Shown here: positions 59,521-64,000 of the stretch, piece after piece
Position numbering within the stretch: position 1 is the stretch's first letter
Layout of the letters: the number at the start of each line of letters is the position of its first letter
NCBI GenBank assembly: GCA_964016885.1
Contig: OZ024745.1
Span: 117,304,001 to 117,368,000 of the forward strand
DNA: 64,000 nucleotides
Reading direction: 5' to 3'
Source of the DNA: Eledone cirrhosa
Taxonomy: Eukaryota
Position numbers and translations under genes: made by a program
Notes under the pieces: model-generated
What the model saw: only the letters and a program-made list of their open reading frames with translations
Databases searched by the model: none
What the model was told of the DNA's origin: nothing

Positions 59521-60729
59521 TCTTCTCAGATGTTGTCTGCCTTGTCCTGAAATTTAAGGTTGATCAGTTTAGAAAATGTATGTACAGTGACACAAAGCAT
59601 GCACAGCCCTTTATGTTCTGAGATCAAATCTTGCTGAGGTTAGCTTTGCTTTTCATCCCTACGGGGTTGATAAAATAAAGTACCAGTAACTTACTGGGAT
59701 CGATTTAATCAACTTTTCTCACCCCCAAAATTGTTGGCCTTGTGTCTAAATCAGAAATCATTCTTATTATTATCACTATATTCTACATACAGCTTGCACA
59801 TACAAAACATTCTTTTCATCAGCTGTTGACCAAAGTTCTCATCAATTTCAACACCCCCCAACAATGTCACTCCCTTTAGCAATTCAAAACAACATTGATG
59901 CTACCATTCTGTAGCACATTTTTTCTTTTCATTAATCATGAAACCATTGCAATATGCTGGACGCTGCTGTAATCACTTCGCTTCTTTAAACCTCTGCTTA
60001 GTAATCCAGCCAAAATTGTTCTATGAATTACAACTTTCCATTTTAAAGAATTCCTATTTAAATTAAACCTTTTCAACATAATTTTATATCAGAACATGTT
60101 ACATTACTATGGAAATAATTAACAATTTTAGTAAATCCATAAAAATTCATCAATAATTAATTGAAACAGAGTATATTTCATTAGAAATATGGTGACAAGA
60201 GTTAGGAATTACTATATGTATTCTACTCTATGCTTTGAGTATTGATCTTTTTCTCAAATGCTTCTGCCATATTCATAATAAATCATTTTTCTGCTTCCCT
60301 TTGCAGTTGATGAAGCATCATTCTACTACCTTTTCTAAGTAGAACATAGTGAACCTCGCTAAAAGTCCCACTTATACTAGAAGCAGTATACACTACCATT
60401 TTCCTATCTCATACAAGTCTTTCATATTTTAGGCACTTTCTTTCATGTGCCCACTTTATATTGTCTTCTCATTGCATTGTTAACTTAGAAATAAAAAACT
60501 TTTGAATTAAATTGAACCATGTTATAAGGCCAAGCATTGCATCGTTTTAGCAATATGACTTGGGAATATAAACACTTTCCACTTTCTTCATGTACCTTCC
60601 AGTCATTAGCACCTTTGTTTACCCTCCTTCGTTATCTTTTCTTTCACTCAGTGGAGGACCACAGGATGCAACCTTGCATTTAATTTTCTTGCATTAATAC
60701 TGCTGCATTGTTTTTTTTTTTGTAATGTA

Positions 60730-61240
60730 TTAATGAGGACACTCAAGACACTTTGTTATGCTGCCAAGTGTACTCTTCAAGGATTGACTTACATGCTGCC
60801 AGAACATTTCAAATATAAATAACATCTGTATTGATGACAATCAGTTTTGCCACACTTGACTCTGTGACTAATAATGGTTGGAGTTTCAAGAGGAATTGCA
60901 ACCTGGTTGGTTACATTTTTCATAACCTGTTTTACAACAGCTTCCTTTACAATAACTTCCTTTCTTCCACTGTATCCCATGCTGTTTATGTGCATTCACT
61001 TAGTTGCTCGCTGCTTCTTTTTAATACGCTAAATTTCTTTGGTTATCGTTTTGTGTCTTCCTTTGTTATTCTGGTGAGATATCCATTTGTTCTGGGTTTA
61101 CCCCAGCCCTGCTCATGAGCTCTGCACTGTACTTATCACCTCTTTCTTTTCTAGGGTGGTCTCTGGTTTCTTAACAGCTTTTTTCACAGTTCTCTTTCTG
61201 CTATTCAACATTCTTGGTTGGGCTGTGTAAACAGTAAGAT
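60730..61240 (-). mobile_element. Degenerate Penelope-like element remnant
   Basis: RTNGYL (compare L..NGYP) followed by a Cys-containing segment resembling the GIY-YIG start; heavily decayed. Confidence 0.45.
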
Positions 61241-61479
61241 TCTATGAATCTCATACTAATTCAAACTTCTCCACCAGTGACGTTAAAGGCAGCTGGAGTT
61301 TTGTAGTAGTGCTATGCAGTGTAACATTTGTAAACTTTGGTAAGAGACCAAACCATGCTCATATGAACCTACACCTATACATTATCACCGTCTTTTCATA
61401 CTGGAATGGTCTGGATGGGTTGGAGAGACCTAGTACAAGCCACTTACAAGACCTGTGGCTGGAGCAAAGTACCAGCCAG

Positions 61480-62330
61480 ACAAAGAGGGACCTAGTGATG
61501 AAACAGTATTGTAAACAGAGCCGCTAAAGATGAGAGATAGGCATGGAAGGACTGGAAAAATAGGAACAGCAAAGAACAATATCAAGTAGTTAAAAGTAGA
61601 TCAACGATAAGTTTAATATAACACATAAAGAGACTGAAATCAAGAGGTTTGCCAGTTTTTTCCAACATGAGGACCAGAGGCATTAGGTGTTCTGCATTGC
61701 AATGCAGTGTATCAGTGTAAATTAGAATGTTGTTGAGGAAAAGTGTGCTTGGAATGATACTGATGCACTTAGACTCACTGATGCTCAGAAAGGCTTGAAA
61801 ACAACATTATAAGAGGTTGATGAATTTGGATAATGAGTGGAAGGAAGAGAGAGAGAGACTATCCTCATCTGACCCAGCTATATAAGTTAATAGTTATAGG
61901 GTCAAAGAAGCAATCAAATAGATGAAAAATTTTAAAGTTGCTGGACCATCAAATATAGTCACTGAGATAGTAAGTAAGAAAGAAGACAGGATACTCATTC
62001 CGTCAGGAAAATGGCTGTGCTCCATATGTAGAAAAGGAATAGAGAAGAACTCCATACATGTACACAATGTAAAGCATGGGTACACAAAAGGTGTAATGAG
62101 ATTATAGGAAGACTAACAGAAAAAGTAGACTTTATATGTAAGAGATGCATAGGGGTGGTTAGTTGTAAGAATTCCAGTGAACTAAACTTGTTCCAATCCC
62201 AGGAAGGCTCTATAAAGATAGTTGATAGTTTCTGTTACCTAGGTGATTTCATCAGCAATAGAGGAGGTTGTTCTAAATACATAGTAGCTAGTATAAGCAT
62301 GGAAAAGGGGACGTAAAAAGGATCATGATG
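61480..62330 (+). mobile_element. Degenerate, internally deleted RTE LINE
   Basis: AGPSNIVTE fused directly to KKEDRILIPSGKWLCSICRKG; FCYLGD. Confidence 0.75.
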
Positions 62331-62355
62331 GATAGTAGAAATAAATTTTTACATC

Positions 62356-63480
62356 TTAAAATAATAATAATAATAATAATGCTTTCTTTATTAACCACAA
62401 GGGTTTACATAAAGTAGACATTAAGGACAGTACAGGACAATACAGGACGGTACAAATGGGCATATCTGCGTGTAAAAAAACAAAAAAAAACAGACAATGT
62501 AATAAAAGAACAATGAAAAATTCCCCAATAGGGGGGAGACTTCCGAGGGCCATTGTGGAGAAAGCCCATTAAAAGAAACCATGGTGACCCTGACCACCAG
62601 GGCAATTGTCCTCTCCCAGTTTTCCACCTTCAATTTACAGGCATATACTCAGAGTAGGTCCATTCACTCGGGCCATTCTTGCCTCTCTCACCCATCTTTC
62701 AACAAAAAGCTTGGAAGAGAGCATCTCCCTCTCTACCCTCGTCTTCAGCCCTTTCAGACGCGTCCATCATACTATCTCTTTCGCCATGGCCACCAGACAG
62801 ATAAAAACTGCCTGACCTTCCTGGCTAAAGGAAGAGGGCGGGGCAATCCTCACGATGGACTCAGCTGATAGTCGGATCCGTTCTACATGCGACAGCAGGT
62901 GTTCGACATAAACCTACAAGTCAGCAATGCTCGGACACTGGACGAGTGCATGCAGGATGGTTTCGTTGCCCTGCGTGCATCTCGGACATGCCCGGCTGAC
63001 GGCACCTCCATGTCTGTAGAGTTTATCCCGAACTGGCAAAGCTCCTCGGTAGCACTGCCAGGCCAGGGATTTCTGGAAGTTGTCCATAGGCCCCGGCCCG
63101 AAAGTTCTTCCAAAGAGATTGGCTAGTTGATTTTCGTCGATGCCTAGAGTTTCCCCAAGTACGTTGTCGCTCTTCCCCTCCACTAATCCTCTATAGAACG
63201 CCAAGGTGGAGTTTCCACCGATCACATTGCCCGATTGGTCGAGGGCTGTGAGCACCTGAAGACATTCCAGTTTTCAAGCGCTCCCTCTCGGTCTTCGCTT
63301 GACCCAGGACTGCAGCTCCGTCAAGGAGATGAGCTGGGGAAAGACGCGTCTAGCAAACGGCGACCACACCTGATCACCGTCGAGGAAGAGGTGGAGATAT
63401 CGTAGCCTGAGCGCGTGTCTGTGCATCATTAGCCACGGCATGCCCAGCCCTCCATGTAGCGGGTGTTGACAGCATATGAT
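62356..63480 (-). mobile_element. L1/Tx1-clade LINE 3' fragment
   Basis: GGLGMP, LAWQCYRGALPVRDKL..CPRC...ETILHALVQC (CCHC zf-RVT); (TAT)n tail. Confidence 0.88.
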
Positions 63481-64000
63481 TGCTTGTGCTTGTTCTGGAT
63501 GTGTCTGCATTCAGATTTATGTATTTAATGGTCCTACTTGCTTATATATATATATCGACAGTCGATCGACTTTTGTCAAATCAGACCGAGGAAACAATGT
63601 TTCCGTTAGTCTTTCCAATTGCTAATACTATCTATTGGTCGCAACTCCAGGTAGAAGGAACAACGTGAAATAAAGTGTCTTGCTCAAAGACATAATGCAT
63701 CGCCCGGTCCAGGAATCAAACTCACAACCTCATGATTGCAAATCCAATTCTCTAACCACTCAGCCACATACCTTAATATATATGTAGTGTATATATGTGT
63801 AGTGTGTGTGTGTATGTATATTTAGGGTAGTTATCGATGGTGAATAGACTGGTGGGATCATTAACAGTCTTTTTTACGTGTATATATGTGTAGTGTATGT
63901 GTAGACAAGTTTAAAAATAACACTACAACATCAGAAAATGCTGTAAATCAAATTGGAGAAGGAATGAATTGATAGGAAGTGGAACAAACAAACAATATTT

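Overview
AT-rich, repeat-dense eukaryotic genomic DNA. The mix of RTE LINEs with (ATG)n tails, tRNA-derived SINEs, Helitrons and (TA)n microsatellites suggests an octopod cephalopod; this is inferred, not proven. Almost all ORFs in the supplied track are transposon debris or shadow ORFs. Hidden among the repeats is one spliced + strand gene that I assembled by hand from 17 GT-AG coding exons with consistent phases (9007-53229, 1740 nt, about 579 aa). It encodes an N-terminal EF-hand pair, a coiled coil and a C-terminal transmembrane helix with a short tail, matching the KASH5/CCDC155-LRMP family of outer nuclear membrane LINC adaptors for dynein. The tail lacks the canonical PPPX end, and the model depends on a 29-nt and a 15-nt micro-exon. 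The rest is mobile DNA: three RTE families (one with a PHD-type finger inside ORF2, one Rex3/Expander-like), CRE-like, L2/CR1, Tx1 and Penelope remnants, Helitrons, a mariner, piggyBac and hAT MITEs, two SINE groups, a 43-bp minisatellite, several hairpins and a possible circularly permuted hammerhead (retrozyme-like) unit.
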